DNA of 64,000 nucleotides from Vulcanimicrobiota bacterium (GCA_963786105.1 CAWAXX010000002.1:21699-85698); one strand, 5' to 3'; positions 1 through 10,601 are shown, counted from the stretch's first letter. A program made the numbers and translations. The notes: generated from the letters alone by a model not told the origin.

Positions 1-18
1 CGGCTGGCAGAACGGTCT

Positions 19-1287
19 TTGCGTGTGATCGTGCTGGAGGGGCGCGATCGCATCGGCGGACGCGTGTGGTCGCGAGCGCTTCCGGGGACGGACGCTCCTG
101 TAGAACTCGGTGCGGAGTTCATCCACGGTCCGGCCGAGCCGACGATGCGGTTGATGCGCGAAGCTGGATTGCGTGCGGTTGCGACCGGTGACGAGTCGTG
201 GGTGCGCGGTGAGGACGGCGAGCTTCGCCCCGATCCCGGCGATTTTTCCGCGGTCGCCGCCGAGGTCTTGGAACAAGCGAGTTCGCTTGCCGCCGACGAA
301 AGCGTCGAGCGGTTCTTGCGGCGATTCGAGCGCAACGAGCCGGCGCGTGAGAGCGTCGAAATGTCGCGCGCGTTTGTCGAAGGGTTCGAGGCAGCCGACC
401 CCGCGATCGCCAGCGTTCGAGCGATTGCCGACGAACTGCGGTCCGGCACCGACTCGTCGAGCGCGCGGCCAATCGGCGGTTACGCTCCGGTGTTCGAACA
501 TCTGCGAGCCGCGTGCGCCGATGCGGGAGTGCAGTTCCGCATGAATGCCGACGTGCGACGGATTGTATGGGGTCGCGGAGAAGTGGTCGTGAACTGCACC
601 GATCGCACGGGAACCGTAGACACACTGCGCGCGCGGGCCGCGATCGTTACGCTTCCGGTTGGCGTCTTACGCGATGGGATAGGCGGGAGCCGCGTCACGT
701 TCGACCCCGAATTGCCGGCTGCGAAACGCGCAGCGCTCGATCGCATCGAGATGGGGCACGTCGTACGAGTGGTGCTGGGCTTTCGCTCGCCGTTCTGGGA
801 ACAGCTTCGCGACGGCCGCTATCGCAACGCCGCATTCTTCCGAAGCGTGGAGAAACCGTTCATGGCCTATTGGACGCAAATGCCGCTGCGCAGCCGGTCG
901 ATCGTCGCGTGGGCGGGCGCATCCGGCGCCGCCGCCCTTCGGGGCATGGCGGAATCGGAAATTATCGATCGTGCGCTCGACGGTTTCGGCGAGTTGCTCG
1001 ATGCGGCCGCGCTCGCGCGAACTCAGCTCGAGTCGGGCGCCGTGCACGATTGGGGGGCCGATCCGTTTTCGGGCGGCGCGTACAGTTACGCAGCCGTTGG
1101 CGGCGAAAACGCGCGGAAGGCGCTCGCGGTTCCAGTCGATCACGTGCTGTTCTTCGCGGGTGAGGCGACCTCGTTCGACGGTCAAGGCGGCACGGTGAGC
1201 GGAGCCCTCGAAACCGGCGAGCGGGCGGCCGAAGAAGTCGTGGCGGCACTTCACGCATCGTCGCAGACGGGAGGAGCCATTGGCTGA
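19..1287 (+). CDS. Flavin monoamine oxidase family protein (5' end probably outside the window)
   Basis: VLEGRDRIGGR and ELGAEFIHG FAD-binding motifs; C-terminal FFAGEAT...GTVSGALETG. The N-terminal GxGxxG motif is missing, so the gene begins before position 1. Confidence 0.85.
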   Translation: MRVIVLEGRDRIGGRVWSRALPGTDAPVELGAEFIHGPAEPTMRLMREAGLRAVATGDESWVRGEDGELRPDPGDFSAVAAEVLEQASSLAADESVERFLRRFERNEPARESVEMSRAFVEGFEAADPAIASVRAIADELRSGTDSSSARPIGGYAPVFEHLRAACADAGVQFRMNADVRRIVWGRGEVVVNCTDRTGTVDTLRARAAIVTLPVGVLRDGIGGSRVTFDPELPAAKRAALDRIEMGHVVRVVLGFRSPFWEQLRDGRYRNAAFFRSVEKPFMAYWTQMPLRSRSIVAWAGASGAAALRGMAESEIIDRALDGFGELLDAAALARTQLESGAVHDWGADPFSGGAYSYAAVGGENARKALAVPVDHVLFFAGEATSFDGQGGTVSGALETGERAAEEVVAALHASSQTGGAIG

Positions 1288-1822
1288 GTCGGCATCGTCG
1301 ATGCTCGGCTCGTGGTCGAGCTATTTCGTCATCGTGGGTTCGTCGGCGGCCGCGTTGACCGGCTTGATGTTCGTCGTCATCACGATCGTGACGGGAACCG
1401 AACGATTGCGACGATCGCCGGATGGCGTCTCGACGTTCAGCACGCCGACGGTCGTTCATTTTGGCGCGGCATTACTCGTTTCGGCGATTTTGAGCGCGCC
1501 TTGGCACTCGCTCGATCGCGCCGCCGCGATCGTCGGGCTCGTGGGTCTCTGCGGAATTTTCTATGCCGTACGAGTCATGCACCGCGCGAGACGGTTGAAC
1601 GACTACGCCGCCGATCTTGAAGACTGGGTCTGGTACGGCATTCTCCCGTTGGTTGCCTATGGAGCCGTCTTCGCCGGCGCGATCGATTCGTTCGTCTTTC
1701 CCGCGCAGGCACTGTTCGCGATTGCGGGCGGCGCGCTCTTGCTGATCTTTATCGGCATTCACAACGCCTGGGACGTCGTGACGTTCATCGCGATCGGGAA
1801 ATTCGACGAACCGCCAAAGTAA
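1280..1822 (+). CDS. Conserved integral membrane protein
   Basis: About five hydrophobic segments; GSSAAALTGLMFV and IHNAWD motifs; overlaps the upstream stop codon. Confidence 0.7.
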   Translation: MAESASSMLGSWSSYFVIVGSSAAALTGLMFVVITIVTGTERLRRSPDGVSTFSTPTVVHFGAALLVSAILSAPWHSLDRAAAIVGLVGLCGIFYAVRVMHRARRLNDYAADLEDWVWYGILPLVAYGAVFAGAIDSFVFPAQALFAIAGGALLLIFIGIHNAWDVVTFIAIGKFDEPPK

Positions 1823-1829
1823 CCAAAAA

Positions 1830-3350
1830 GTGAGTCACGAAGAGCGAATGCTCATCCCCGGCACCGAACGCCGGATTTGGCCCGGCAGTCGGCACGCCGA
1901 TTCGGTGGCGGCCGGGTCGGACGTGCTATTGACGGCGTGGCTGCGTCCGCGCAGCGGCGGCGATCTCGACGGCGACGCCGCGCGAGCGATCGGAAGCGTG
2001 CCGCCATTGCATCGCACCTACGCCGACCGGAAAGCGCTCAAACGGCAAACCGATGCCGACGCCGCAGACGTCGAGATACTGCGCCGCTACTGCGATCGCG
2101 CGGGAATAACGGTCGGCGATTCGCATTGGCGATCGGTCACCATCAGCGGGCCGATCGACCGGCTCATCGACGCGTTCGGAGCGACGGTTGCAATCTTTGA
2201 AGACGAGAGCCGGCGCCGCTTTCGCCACCGTTCCGGGGCGTTGCACGTGCCTCCCGAAATCCTCGCCATCGTCCGCGGCATATTTGGTCTGCACCAGTGG
2301 CCGCGCTCGCGAAAACTCGCGTCGTTGGAGCGGCATGCGACGCCGCTTCGGGCGCACGCGGTTGCGGAGCGTTACCGGTTCCCCGGCGACGACGGCGGCG
2401 GCCAGACCGTCGGAGTGCTGCAACTCAACGGCGTCTTCAACTCGGCCGATTTCGACCGGTGCATGACCGCCCAGAAGCTCGCACCGCAACAGCCGATCGT
2501 CAAGCGCATCGACAACGCGGTCGTCGAACACGAGATCGAGACGATCAAAGATCTCGAAGCGGCGCTCGACGTTCAGATCATCGCATCGCTCGCTCCGGGG
2601 GCGCGCGTGGTGGTGTACGAGGCGCCCAACGACGAACGCGGCTTCCTCGACGCCATCCGCACTGCGCTCTTCGACAACGAGTACGCGCCTTCGGTCCTTT
2701 CGATCAGTTACGGTTGGCCCGAGCACCTATGGACGCCGGTAGCGCTCGGCATTCTCGACGAGCTCTTCGCGGTAGCGGCGCTGTTGGGCGTGAGCGTCTT
2801 TTGTGCGTCGGGAGACAACGGCGCCGAGCTCGATGCTGGCGGTAAGGCGCACGTGTTGGCGCCGGCTTCCAGCCCGTTCGCCATCGCTTGCGGAGCGACG
2901 GCCATCACCGATGCGGGCGAAGAGCGCGCCTGGGAGAAGACGGGCGGCGGTTTCAGCGAGCGCTTTGCGACCCCATCGTGGCAGGACGTCGCCGGATCGT
3001 CGGCCTCGCGATACGGCGTGCCCGCCGGACGGGGAGTTCCCGACGTAGCGGCACAGCAGTCACCTGGCTACTTCGTCGTAATGGACGGCGTCGAGCTTGC
3101 CATGGGCGGTACCAGCGCGGTCGCGCCCGTCTGGGCAGCGCTAACGGCGCGGATTAACCAGCAGCTGGGTACGCCGATCGGTTTCTGCGCGCCGTTGTTG
3201 TATCGACGATCGCCCGGGGCGCTATTTCGCCCCATTATAAAGGGAAGTAACGACCGCTTTCACGCCGGCGCGCCGTGGAATCCGTGCACCGGTCTCGGCG
3301 TCCCGATCGGCACCGCCATCGCGAACGAAGTCGGCGCATCGCCCGTGTAG
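1830..3350 (+). CDS. S53 (kumamolisin/sedolisin-like) serine peptidase with pro-domain
   Basis: Catalytic E-x3-D (EAALD), oxyanion SGD, RGVPDVA, GGTSAVAP nucleophile motif, and the C-terminal WNPCTGLG. Confidence 0.9.
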   Translation: MSHEERMLIPGTERRIWPGSRHADSVAAGSDVLLTAWLRPRSGGDLDGDAARAIGSVPPLHRTYADRKALKRQTDADAADVEILRRYCDRAGITVGDSHWRSVTISGPIDRLIDAFGATVAIFEDESRRRFRHRSGALHVPPEILAIVRGIFGLHQWPRSRKLASLERHATPLRAHAVAERYRFPGDDGGGQTVGVLQLNGVFNSADFDRCMTAQKLAPQQPIVKRIDNAVVEHEIETIKDLEAALDVQIIASLAPGARVVVYEAPNDERGFLDAIRTALFDNEYAPSVLSISYGWPEHLWTPVALGILDELFAVAALLGVSVFCASGDNGAELDAGGKAHVLAPASSPFAIACGATAITDAGEERAWEKTGGGFSERFATPSWQDVAGSSASRYGVPAGRGVPDVAAQQSPGYFVVMDGVELAMGGTSAVAPVWAALTARINQQLGTPIGFCAPLLYRRSPGALFRPIIKGSNDRFHAGAPWNPCTGLGVPIGTAIANEVGASPV

Positions 3351-3352
3351 GC

Positions 3353-3535
3353 CTAGTTCATGCAGCCGAGAGCGTCGTCGATAAACTGTTTGTGGGCGGC
3401 TTTGAATTTCTCGACCGCTTTGTGCAGCCGTGCTTTGTCGACGCCGGCCATGGCGGCGAGTTTACGATGGAGTTCGTCGATCGCATGCCCGTGGGCGTGG
3501 AGCTCCGCGGAAGCCTGGTCGTGCGCGCTGGACAT
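3353..3535 (-). CDS. Small His-rich helical hypothetical protein (60 aa)
   Basis: ATG ORF that fills the gap 5 nt downstream of the cyclase-STAND gene on the same strand; amphipathic helical pattern. Confidence 0.6.
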   Translation of the reverse strand: MSSAHDQASAELHAHGHAIDELHRKLAAMAGVDKARLHKAVEKFKAAHKQFIDDALGCMN

Positions 3536-3540
3536 TGGCT

Positions 3541-6282
3541 CTAGACTCTTTTCTCGACGGCAGCCGCCGCCGGGCTGGATGGCTGAGGTTCGTTTATCGC
3601 TGCGGCGTGTTCCAGCGCCTGCTCGTCGCTCAAGGAAGCACCGACGCTCAGACGACGCGTGAGTTCCGCCTCAACGAACGTCGCCGAGAGAAGCCGCATC
3701 AGCCGCTCGTAGCCGATGCGTTCGGTTTTTTGGCGGACGTCGGCGCCGGCATAGCGTGCTTCGGTAAAGCCGACGAGAATCGCCGCTCGCTCGTGATCGC
3801 CGAGGAGTTCGCCGAGGAGCGCGTGATGTTCCAGGGCCGTGTTCATCCATCGTGCGCCGGTTTGTTTGAGGAGCGTCAGCGCCTCTCGGAGGAGTTCGCG
3901 AGCTTCAGGGAGCTCATCGACGGCCATGGCGTAGGCCGCGAGATTGCAGACGGCGAGCCCGAGCGGCGCGGCATTGAGACGGTCGAGGGTTTCTCTCGCT
4001 TGGCGTGCGGCCGTCCGGGCCGCCTCGACGTTTCCGACCGCAAACTCGAGTTCACCGATATTGAGCAGCGCGCTCGCGTGCGCTTCACTTCCCGGTCGCT
4101 CGCGTTCCGCGACTTCGACAAAACGCCGCCGCGCCGTCTCGACGTCGCCACGTTGTAGGTTGGTGACCGCCCAGTTGCGCAGCAGCGCGTTGAGCGTAAT
4201 GGGTGAAAGCGCCGGCGCCGCCGCGTAGGCTTCTTCGAAAAGCCGCTCGGCCTCGTCGAATCGTCCGGCGTCGCGATAAACGCTGCCGAGAATGGCCAGC
4301 GCGTGCGCGGTCTCGTTGGGATCGGCGCAGGAACGCGCGACGGCGAGTCCGTTGTTTGCGCGTTTCTCGCGTTCGGCCGTCGCGCGGCCGACCAGCCACT
4401 CCAGCCGAACGTGGTGGCGAAGCACGCGCGCCCGCGTGATTTCGTCCACCGCCGCATCGAGAGGGCCCTCGGCGGCATCGAACCACTGCACGGATTCTTG
4501 CGGCGTCGTCAACAGCTCCGGCCATTCGAGCTGCGCGAGCAGACGTAATCCGGTGGCGGCATCGTTGCCGGCAAAGAGCGTCCAGTTCAAGGCCGCGCGA
4601 ATGTTGTCGAGTTCCGGTGCCAGCGCACGTTGCCACTGCACGTCCTCCAACGCATCCACGAACGGCGCGAGATTTCCGGCCAAGCCGGCGAAATAGGCGG
4701 CGTGTTTGGTCGCGATGTCGGCGGCTTCGCCGGCCGCTGCCATGCGTTCGCGGCTATATTCCCGAATCGAGTTCAATAAGTGGTAGCGGCGGTCGTCACC
4801 GCTCGGCTCCGTGACGACTAAGGATTTCGATACGAGCGCGGAGAGCAGTTCGAAGACCTGCCATTCGTCGATGGCGTCGTCGGAGCAAACGGCAGTGGCC
4901 GCTTGAAGCGTCCATCCGCCGGCAAAGACCGACAGCCGCCGAAAGACCTTGCGTTCGTCTTCGTCGAGCAGATCGAAGCTCCAATCGATCAACGCGCGCA
5001 GCGTCTGTTGGCGCGGGAGTCGGCCGCTGCTCTTTTGGGATAGCAGTCGAAATCGCTCGTTCAATTTTTCCGAAAGCTGCTTGGCGCTGAGAACCGCCGT
5101 TCGCGAGGCGGCCAGCTCGATGGCGAGCGGAATCCCGTCGAGCCGGTCGCAGATCTCGGCGACCGTCGCCGCGCTCTCGCCGGTGAGCGCAAAGCGCTCG
5201 TCGACGCTGCGCGCACGCTCGGTGAACAGCGCCACCGCAGCCGCTACCTCGAGCGACGGCAATCGGTAGGTTTGCTCGCCGGAGATGTCGAGGCTTTGCC
5301 GGCTCGACGCCAAGATCTTGACGTTCGGACACGCTTCCAAAATGGCAAGAATAACCCCCGCGACGGGCTCCGCCAAGTGCTCGCAGTTGTCGAAAATCAG
5401 CAACGTCTTCTTCGATTTGAGCGCACGAACGAGTTCGTCGACCGGATCGTCGCCGGCGGCGAGCGAGAAACCGGCGGCGTGCGCGACCGTCGACGGAATG
5501 TGATCGCCGTTCGACAGCGGTGCAAGATCGACGAACCAGACGCCTTCGCCGAAGTCGTGGAGAAGACTGGCCGCGACTTGCAGCGCTGTGCGCGTCTTGC
5601 CGACGCCGCCCGATCCGATCAGCGTGACGAGGCGGTTGTCGCGAACGAGCGCCGTAATTTCCGCTATCTCGCGTTCGCGTCCGACGAACGAAGTCAGCTG
5701 GACCGGCAAATTGGTTGCGTGCGTACCCAACGAGCGCAGCGGCGGAAACTCGGACGGCAGGCCGGGTGCCTCGAGTTGGTAGACGTGCTCGCGCGCCGTG
5801 AGGTCTTTGAGCCGGTGCCGGCCGAGATCGCGCAGCGCCGTCTGTGCCGGCAGGTCGGCTCGCGCGAGGGCAGCGGCCACGCCGGAAATGAGAACTTGGC
5901 CGCCGTGGCCGATGGCCAGCAGGCGGGCGACGCGGTTGACGGCCGGTCCGAAATAGTCGCCGTTTCGCTCGTCGGCGGTTCCGGAATGGACGGCGGCGCG
6001 TATGCGCAACCCGTCGACGGCCGAAAAATCCTCGGCAGCGAGCGAACGCTGCGCGTCGAGCATCGCCGCGACCGCATCGGCCGGCTCTGAGAAGGCGGCG
6101 CAAAACGAATCGCCGGCGGCTTTGAACGCGTAACCTTGGTGGCGAACGATCGCCTCGCGAACCAGCGCATCGTGACGGCGGACCGCGGCTTCCATAGCCG
6201 AGCGGTCGCGTTCCCAGCGCTCCGTGCTGCCTTCGATGTCGGTGAAGGCAAAGGTAACGGTGCCGGTTGGTATGTCGGACAC
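3541..6282 (-). CDS. Class III adenylate/guanylate cyclase - STAND (NB-ARC-like) ATPase - TPR protein
   Basis: FTDIEGST, FKAAGDSF and DYFGPAVNRVARL cyclase motifs; GSGGVGKT Walker A; LLIFDNCEH Walker B; LDGIPLAIELAA; C-terminal helical repeats. GTG start at 6282 chosen by alignment to the paralog at 35927. Confidence 0.88.
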   Translation of the reverse strand: MSDIPTGTVTFAFTDIEGSTERWERDRSAMEAAVRRHDALVREAIVRHQGYAFKAAGDSFCAAFSEPADAVAAMLDAQRSLAAEDFSAVDGLRIRAAVHSGTADERNGDYFGPAVNRVARLLAIGHGGQVLISGVAAALARADLPAQTALRDLGRHRLKDLTAREHVYQLEAPGLPSEFPPLRSLGTHATNLPVQLTSFVGREREIAEITALVRDNRLVTLIGSGGVGKTRTALQVAASLLHDFGEGVWFVDLAPLSNGDHIPSTVAHAAGFSLAAGDDPVDELVRALKSKKTLLIFDNCEHLAEPVAGVILAILEACPNVKILASSRQSLDISGEQTYRLPSLEVAAAVALFTERARSVDERFALTGESAATVAEICDRLDGIPLAIELAASRTAVLSAKQLSEKLNERFRLLSQKSSGRLPRQQTLRALIDWSFDLLDEDERKVFRRLSVFAGGWTLQAATAVCSDDAIDEWQVFELLSALVSKSLVVTEPSGDDRRYHLLNSIREYSRERMAAAGEAADIATKHAAYFAGLAGNLAPFVDALEDVQWQRALAPELDNIRAALNWTLFAGNDAATGLRLLAQLEWPELLTTPQESVQWFDAAEGPLDAAVDEITRARVLRHHVRLEWLVGRATAEREKRANNGLAVARSCADPNETAHALAILGSVYRDAGRFDEAERLFEEAYAAAPALSPITLNALLRNWAVTNLQRGDVETARRRFVEVAERERPGSEAHASALLNIGELEFAVGNVEAARTAARQARETLDRLNAAPLGLAVCNLAAYAMAVDELPEARELLREALTLLKQTGARWMNTALEHHALLGELLGDHERAAILVGFTEARYAGADVRQKTERIGYERLMRLLSATFVEAELTRRLSVGASLSDEQALEHAAAINEPQPSSPAAAAVEKRV

Positions 6283-6406
6283 GTTGCGTCCTTCGCCGCG
6301 AATACTGGGCCAACCGTTAGCCATCGCCTCAGTGCGGGAGTTTCCGTAGCGGAGGCCAAGTCTCTGGGTCCACGTGACCGTTCGCGTACGTGGTTAGGAG
6401 GAGCGG

Positions 6407-7291
6407 ATGTTTCCGGCCCCGTTCGACTACTACCGGGCGCGCTCGGTCGACGACGCAGTCCAAGCGCTCGCGCGCTTTGGCGACGACGCGCGTATCCTTG
6501 CCGGCGGCCAGAGCTTGATTCCAGCTATGCGGTTCAGACTCGCGCGTCCGTCGGTTTTGGTGGACATCAACGCGATCGGCGATCTGGCGTACGTCCGCGA
6601 AAGCGACGGGTATCTCGCGGTCGGCGCGGGGACGCGCGATTTTGCACTCGAGACGTCGCCGTTGATCGCGCAGCGGTATCCGCTGCTCGCGGATACGTCG
6701 GCGGTGGTCGCCGACCCGGTCGTTAGGCAGATGGGGACCGTCGTCGGCAGTCTCTGCCACAACGATCCGGCCGGCGATTGGCCGGTGACGGCGCTTGCGG
6801 CACGCGCGCAAATTTCGGTGCGCGGCGCGGACGGCGTGACCCGGACGGTCGCCATCGACGACTTCGTCGTCGATTCGTTTACCACGGCGGTCGGCACCGG
6901 TGAGATGGCGGTCGAGGTGCGCTTTCCGACGCCCGGCCCGCGTACGTCGGGCTCGTATCAGAAAATCGAGCGCAAAGTCGGCGATTTCGCCACCGCCTCA
7001 GCGGCAGCGCGGTTGACCCTCGCCGCCGACGGCACGATCGCCGAGGCCGGCATCGCCGTCGGCGCGGTCGGTCCTAAAGCGATGCGCGTGACGGCCGCCG
7101 AGCAGCTCCTGTCTGGTGCCAAACCGAGCAAGGATCTCATCCGCGCGGCCATGCGCGAAGCCGAAAAGATCGCCGATCCGTCGCCCGACGGTCGCGGGTC
7201 GGCAGAGTACAAGAAAGCGATGGCCGGCGTGCTGGTCGGCCGTGCGATTACCAGCGCGCTCGAACGTTTAGGCGTAGGAGGCTTGAAATGA
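6407..7291 (+). CDS. coxM: Aerobic CO dehydrogenase medium (FAD-binding) subunit
   Basis: [10 protein letters not shown] start, [41 protein letters not shown]; first gene of the M-S-L order. Confidence 0.92.
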   Translation: MFPAPFDYYRARSVDDAVQALARFGDDARILAGGQSLIPAMRFRLARPSVLVDINAIGDLAYVRESDGYLAVGAGTRDFALETSPLIAQRYPLLADTSAVVADPVVRQMGTVVGSLCHNDPAGDWPVTALAARAQISVRGADGVTRTVAIDDFVVDSFTTAVGTGEMAVEVRFPTPGPRTSGSYQKIERKVGDFATASAAARLTLAADGTIAEAGIAVGAVGPKAMRVTAAEQLLSGAKPSKDLIRAAMREAEKIADPSPDGRGSAEYKKAMAGVLVGRAITSALERLGVGGLK

Positions 7292-7782
7292 AGGTCGCGG
7301 TGACGGTCAACGGTGAGGCGTACGAGCGCGACGTCGAGCCGCGAATGCTGCTAGCCTATTTCCTGCGCGAAGAGCTGGGCCTCACGGGCACGCACGTCGG
7401 CTGCGACTCGTCGAGTTGCGGTTGCTGCGTGGTCGCGATGGACGGCGACCGCGCGGTCAAGTCGTGCACGATGTTCGCGGTGCAAGCTGACGGCCACGAG
7501 ATCACGACCGTCGAAGGATTGGAACGAGGCGGAACTTTGCATCCGCTGCAGCAAGCGTTTTGGGATCAGCATGGCTTGCAGTGCGGCTACTGCACGCCCG
7601 GTATGTTGATGACGTCGTACGTTTTGCTCAAACATCAGCCGCAACCGGACGAAGCGGAGATTCGCGAAGCGATTGCGGGCAATCTTTGCCGCTGCACGGG
7701 GTATCAGAACATCGTGAAAGCCGTGCAGCAGGCCTCCACCGAACTCGGGGCCAAACCGGCCGCCGCCGCCGTAGGGAGTTGA
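7288..7782 (+). CDS. coxS: Aerobic CO dehydrogenase small (2Fe-2S) subunit
   Basis: [22 protein letters not shown] and GNLCRCTGY cysteine motifs. Confidence 0.95.
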   Translation: MKVAVTVNGEAYERDVEPRMLLAYFLREELGLTGTHVGCDSSSCGCCVVAMDGDRAVKSCTMFAVQADGHEITTVEGLERGGTLHPLQQAFWDQHGLQCGYCTPGMLMTSYVLLKHQPQPDEAEIREAIAGNLCRCTGYQNIVKAVQQASTELGAKPAAAAVGS

Positions 7783-7784
7783 GC

Positions 7785-10148
7785 ATGGCCACGACGACCG
7801 ACGATCTGCCTGCGCGCCATTCCATCGGCCAGTCGATGAAGCGCAAGGAAGATCCGCGCTTCATCCGCGGGAAGGGTCGCTATCTCGACGACATCGTGCT
7901 TCCCCACATGTTGTATCTCGCGCTGGTGCACAGTCCGTATCCGCACGCGCGCATCAAGAGCATCGACAAGACCAAAGCGCTGGCCCTGCCCGGGGTCAAG
8001 GCGGTAATCACCGGCGAAGACCTCGACGCCGCCAAACTCGAATGGCTGCCGACCTTCCACGGCTACGACAAGCAGATGGTGCTGGCGTTCGGCAAGGCGC
8101 TCTATCAGTATCAGGAAGTCGCCGGCGTGGTGGCCACCTCGCGCGAGATCGCCAGCGACGGCGCCGAGCTGGTTGAGGTCGAGTACGAGCCGCTCGATCC
8201 GGTCGTGAATCCGTTCCAAGCGCGCGAAGACAAAATCATTCTGCGCGACGACCGCGAGAGTAAGACGAATCACATCTATCATTGGGAAGTCGGCGACAAG
8301 GCCAAAGCCGACGGCGCGCTCGATGGCTCGGCGGTGCGCATCAAGGAGCGCATCTTGTCGCCCCGTTGCCATCCCGCGCCGCTCGAGCCGTGCGGTGCAG
8401 TGGCCGACATGAATAAAGCCACCGGGCGTTTGACGGTGTACCTGACGTCGCAGGCGCCGCACGTTCACCGCACCGCGTTTTCGCTGGTGACCGGCATCCC
8501 CGAAGACAAGATTCACATCATCTCGCCCGATGTCGGGGGTGGCTTTGGAAACAAGGTTCCGGTGTATCCGGGGTACGTTGTCGCGACCGTGGCGTCGGTC
8601 ATCATCGGCGTTCCGGTCAAATGGGTCGAGACGCGCACCGAAAATCTCACCACGACGGGCTTCGCGCGCGACTACCACATGGACGTTGAAATCGGCGCGA
8701 CCAAAGACGGCAAGGTTACCGCGCTCAAGGTGTCGACGGTGGCCGATCACGGGGCGTTCGACGCCGCCGCCGATCCGCGTAAGTATCCCGCCGGCATGTT
8801 CGGCATCGTGACCGGTTCGTACGACTTTCCAACGGCCTTTGCCGAAGTAGACGCCTACTTCACCAATAAAGCGCCGGGCGGGATCGCGTACCGGTGTTCG
8901 TTCCGAGTAACCGAAGCTTCGTTTGCGATCGAACGCGGCATGGATATCCTGGCGCGCAAGCTCGGCATGGATCCGGTCGAACTGCGCCGGCGGAACTTCA
9001 TCAAGAAAGAGCAGTTCCCGTACCCTTCGCCACTCGGCTTCGTGTACGACAGCGGCGATTACGAAGCCACGACGCAAAAGGCACTCGACATCATCGGTTA
9101 CGACGAGCTGCGCAAGGAACAAGCCGAGAAACGCAAGCGCGGCGAGTTCATGGGCATCGGCGTGTCGACGTTCACCGAAATCGTCGGCGCCGGTCCCGGT
9201 AAGCACTTCGATATCTTGGGCATCAAGATGTTCGACAGCGCCGAGATCCGCATTCACCCGACCGGATCGGGAATCGTGCGCGCTGGAACGCGTCATCAAG
9301 GTCAAGGTCACGAAACGACCTGGGCGCAGATCGTTGCCGAAGAACTCGGACTCGATCCGCAAGAGCTGCTGGTAGAAGAAGGCGACACCGACACCGCACC
9401 CTACGGGCTCGGAACGTACGCGAGCCGCAGCACGCCCGTCGCCGGCGGCGCGCTCGCGCTGGCCGCGCGGCGCATTCGCGAAAAAGCCAAGAAAATCGCC
9501 GCGCATCTCATGGAAGCGTCGGAAAACGACGTCGAGTGGAAGGACTACAAGTTCAACCTCAAAGGCGTGCCCGGCAAAACCGTGACGATGAAGGAAGTCG
9601 CGTTTGCCGCCTACACCAATCCACCGCCCGATAGCGAGCCCGGTCTCGAAGCGACCTATTATTACGATCCGCCGAATCTCACGTTCCCGAACGGAACGTA
9701 CATTGCGGTAGTCGACGTCGATCGCGATACCGGCGCAGTAAAGGTGCGACGGTTCTTGGCCGTCGACGACTGCGGCGTCATCATCAACCCGATGATCGTG
9801 GAAGGGCAGATTCACGGCGGCTTGACCGAGGGTTTTGCGATGGCCTTCATGCAAGAGATCGCGTTCGACGAAAGCGGAAACCACCTCAATACGAACTTCA
9901 CCGACTACATGGTGCCGACCGCGCTAGAAACGCCGCACTGGGAGACGGCGCATACGGTCACGCCGAGTCCGCACCATCCGATCGGCGCCAAGGGCGTCGG
10001 CGAAAGTCCGAACGTCGGATCGCCGCAGGCGTTCGTCAACGCCGTGATGGACGCGTTGGCACCGCTGGGCATTACCCACATCGACATGCCCTTAACGCGT
10101 GAGAAGGTGTGGCGCGCGATCCGCGACGCGGAAGCGAAAGTCTCCTGA
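7785..10148 (+). CDS. coxL: Form I aerobic CO dehydrogenase large (Mo-Cu) subunit
   Basis: AYRCSFR active-site motif at 8886-8906; RKEDPRFIRGKGRY, GGGFGNK, QGQGHET, GAKGVGES; ATG at 7785 after GGGAG. Confidence 0.95.
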   Translation: MATTTDDLPARHSIGQSMKRKEDPRFIRGKGRYLDDIVLPHMLYLALVHSPYPHARIKSIDKTKALALPGVKAVITGEDLDAAKLEWLPTFHGYDKQMVLAFGKALYQYQEVAGVVATSREIASDGAELVEVEYEPLDPVVNPFQAREDKIILRDDRESKTNHIYHWEVGDKAKADGALDGSAVRIKERILSPRCHPAPLEPCGAVADMNKATGRLTVYLTSQAPHVHRTAFSLVTGIPEDKIHIISPDVGGGFGNKVPVYPGYVVATVASVIIGVPVKWVETRTENLTTTGFARDYHMDVEIGATKDGKVTALKVSTVADHGAFDAAADPRKYPAGMFGIVTGSYDFPTAFAEVDAYFTNKAPGGIAYRCSFRVTEASFAIERGMDILARKLGMDPVELRRRNFIKKEQFPYPSPLGFVYDSGDYEATTQKALDIIGYDELRKEQAEKRKRGEFMGIGVSTFTEIVGAGPGKHFDILGIKMFDSAEIRIHPTGSGIVRAGTRHQGQGHETTWAQIVAEELGLDPQELLVEEGDTDTAPYGLGTYASRSTPVAGGALALAARRIREKAKKIAAHLMEASENDVEWKDYKFNLKGVPGKTVTMKEVAFAAYTNPPPDSEPGLEATYYYDPPNLTFPNGTYIAVVDVDRDTGAVKVRRFLAVDDCGVIINPMIVEGQIHGGLTEGFAMAFMQEIAFDESGNHLNTNFTDYMVPTALETPHWETAHTVTPSPHHPIGAKGVGESPNVGSPQAFVNAVMDALAPLGITHIDMPLTREKVWRAIRDAEAKVS

Positions 10149-10601
10149 ATGGACCTCCAATGGAGCGGCCAGGAAACGATTCCGGCTAGTAAAGCAACGG
10201 TGTGGGAGTTCATCAACGATCCCGCCAACATCGCTGCGTGCCTTCCGGAAGTGCAAGAGACGACGATACGCGACGCGCACTCCTTCGACGCCGTCGTCGG
10301 CGCGAACGTGGGCCCGGTTCGTGGAAAGCTGAAGTTCAATGTCGTCCTAGAGCCAAACGCCGACGGCAGTCACATGGATATGAAGATTCACGGCGGAGGC
10401 TTGGGCAGCGTGGTCGATTTGGTCGCCGGGGCCGATCTGCTGGCGCAAGACGATGCCACGACCATCCTCAATTGGAAAGGCAGCGCCTCGATGCGCGGAC
10501 CGGTGGCGACCGTAGGCGGCCGCGTGCTCGACGCGCAAGGCCGACGAGTTATCGAGACGACCTTCGGAAACGTGAAGAAGCGCCTGAGCGGCGGCGCGTA
10601 G
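10149..10601 (+). CDS. coxG: CoxG / SRPBCC-domain accessory protein
   Basis: VWEFINDPANIAACLP and VGPVRG motifs; directly follows coxL. Confidence 0.85.
   Translation: MDLQWSGQETIPASKATVWEFINDPANIAACLPEVQETTIRDAHSFDAVVGANVGPVRGKLKFNVVLEPNADGSHMDMKIHGGGLGSVVDLVAGADLLAQDDATTILNWKGSASMRGPVATVGGRVLDAQGRRVIETTFGNVKKRLSGGA

Noticed and set aside
7704..9884. 726-aa antisense ORF and other long shadow ORFs
   Set aside because: They lie opposite or out of frame to well-supported genes; expected in high-GC DNA and show no recognisable motifs.
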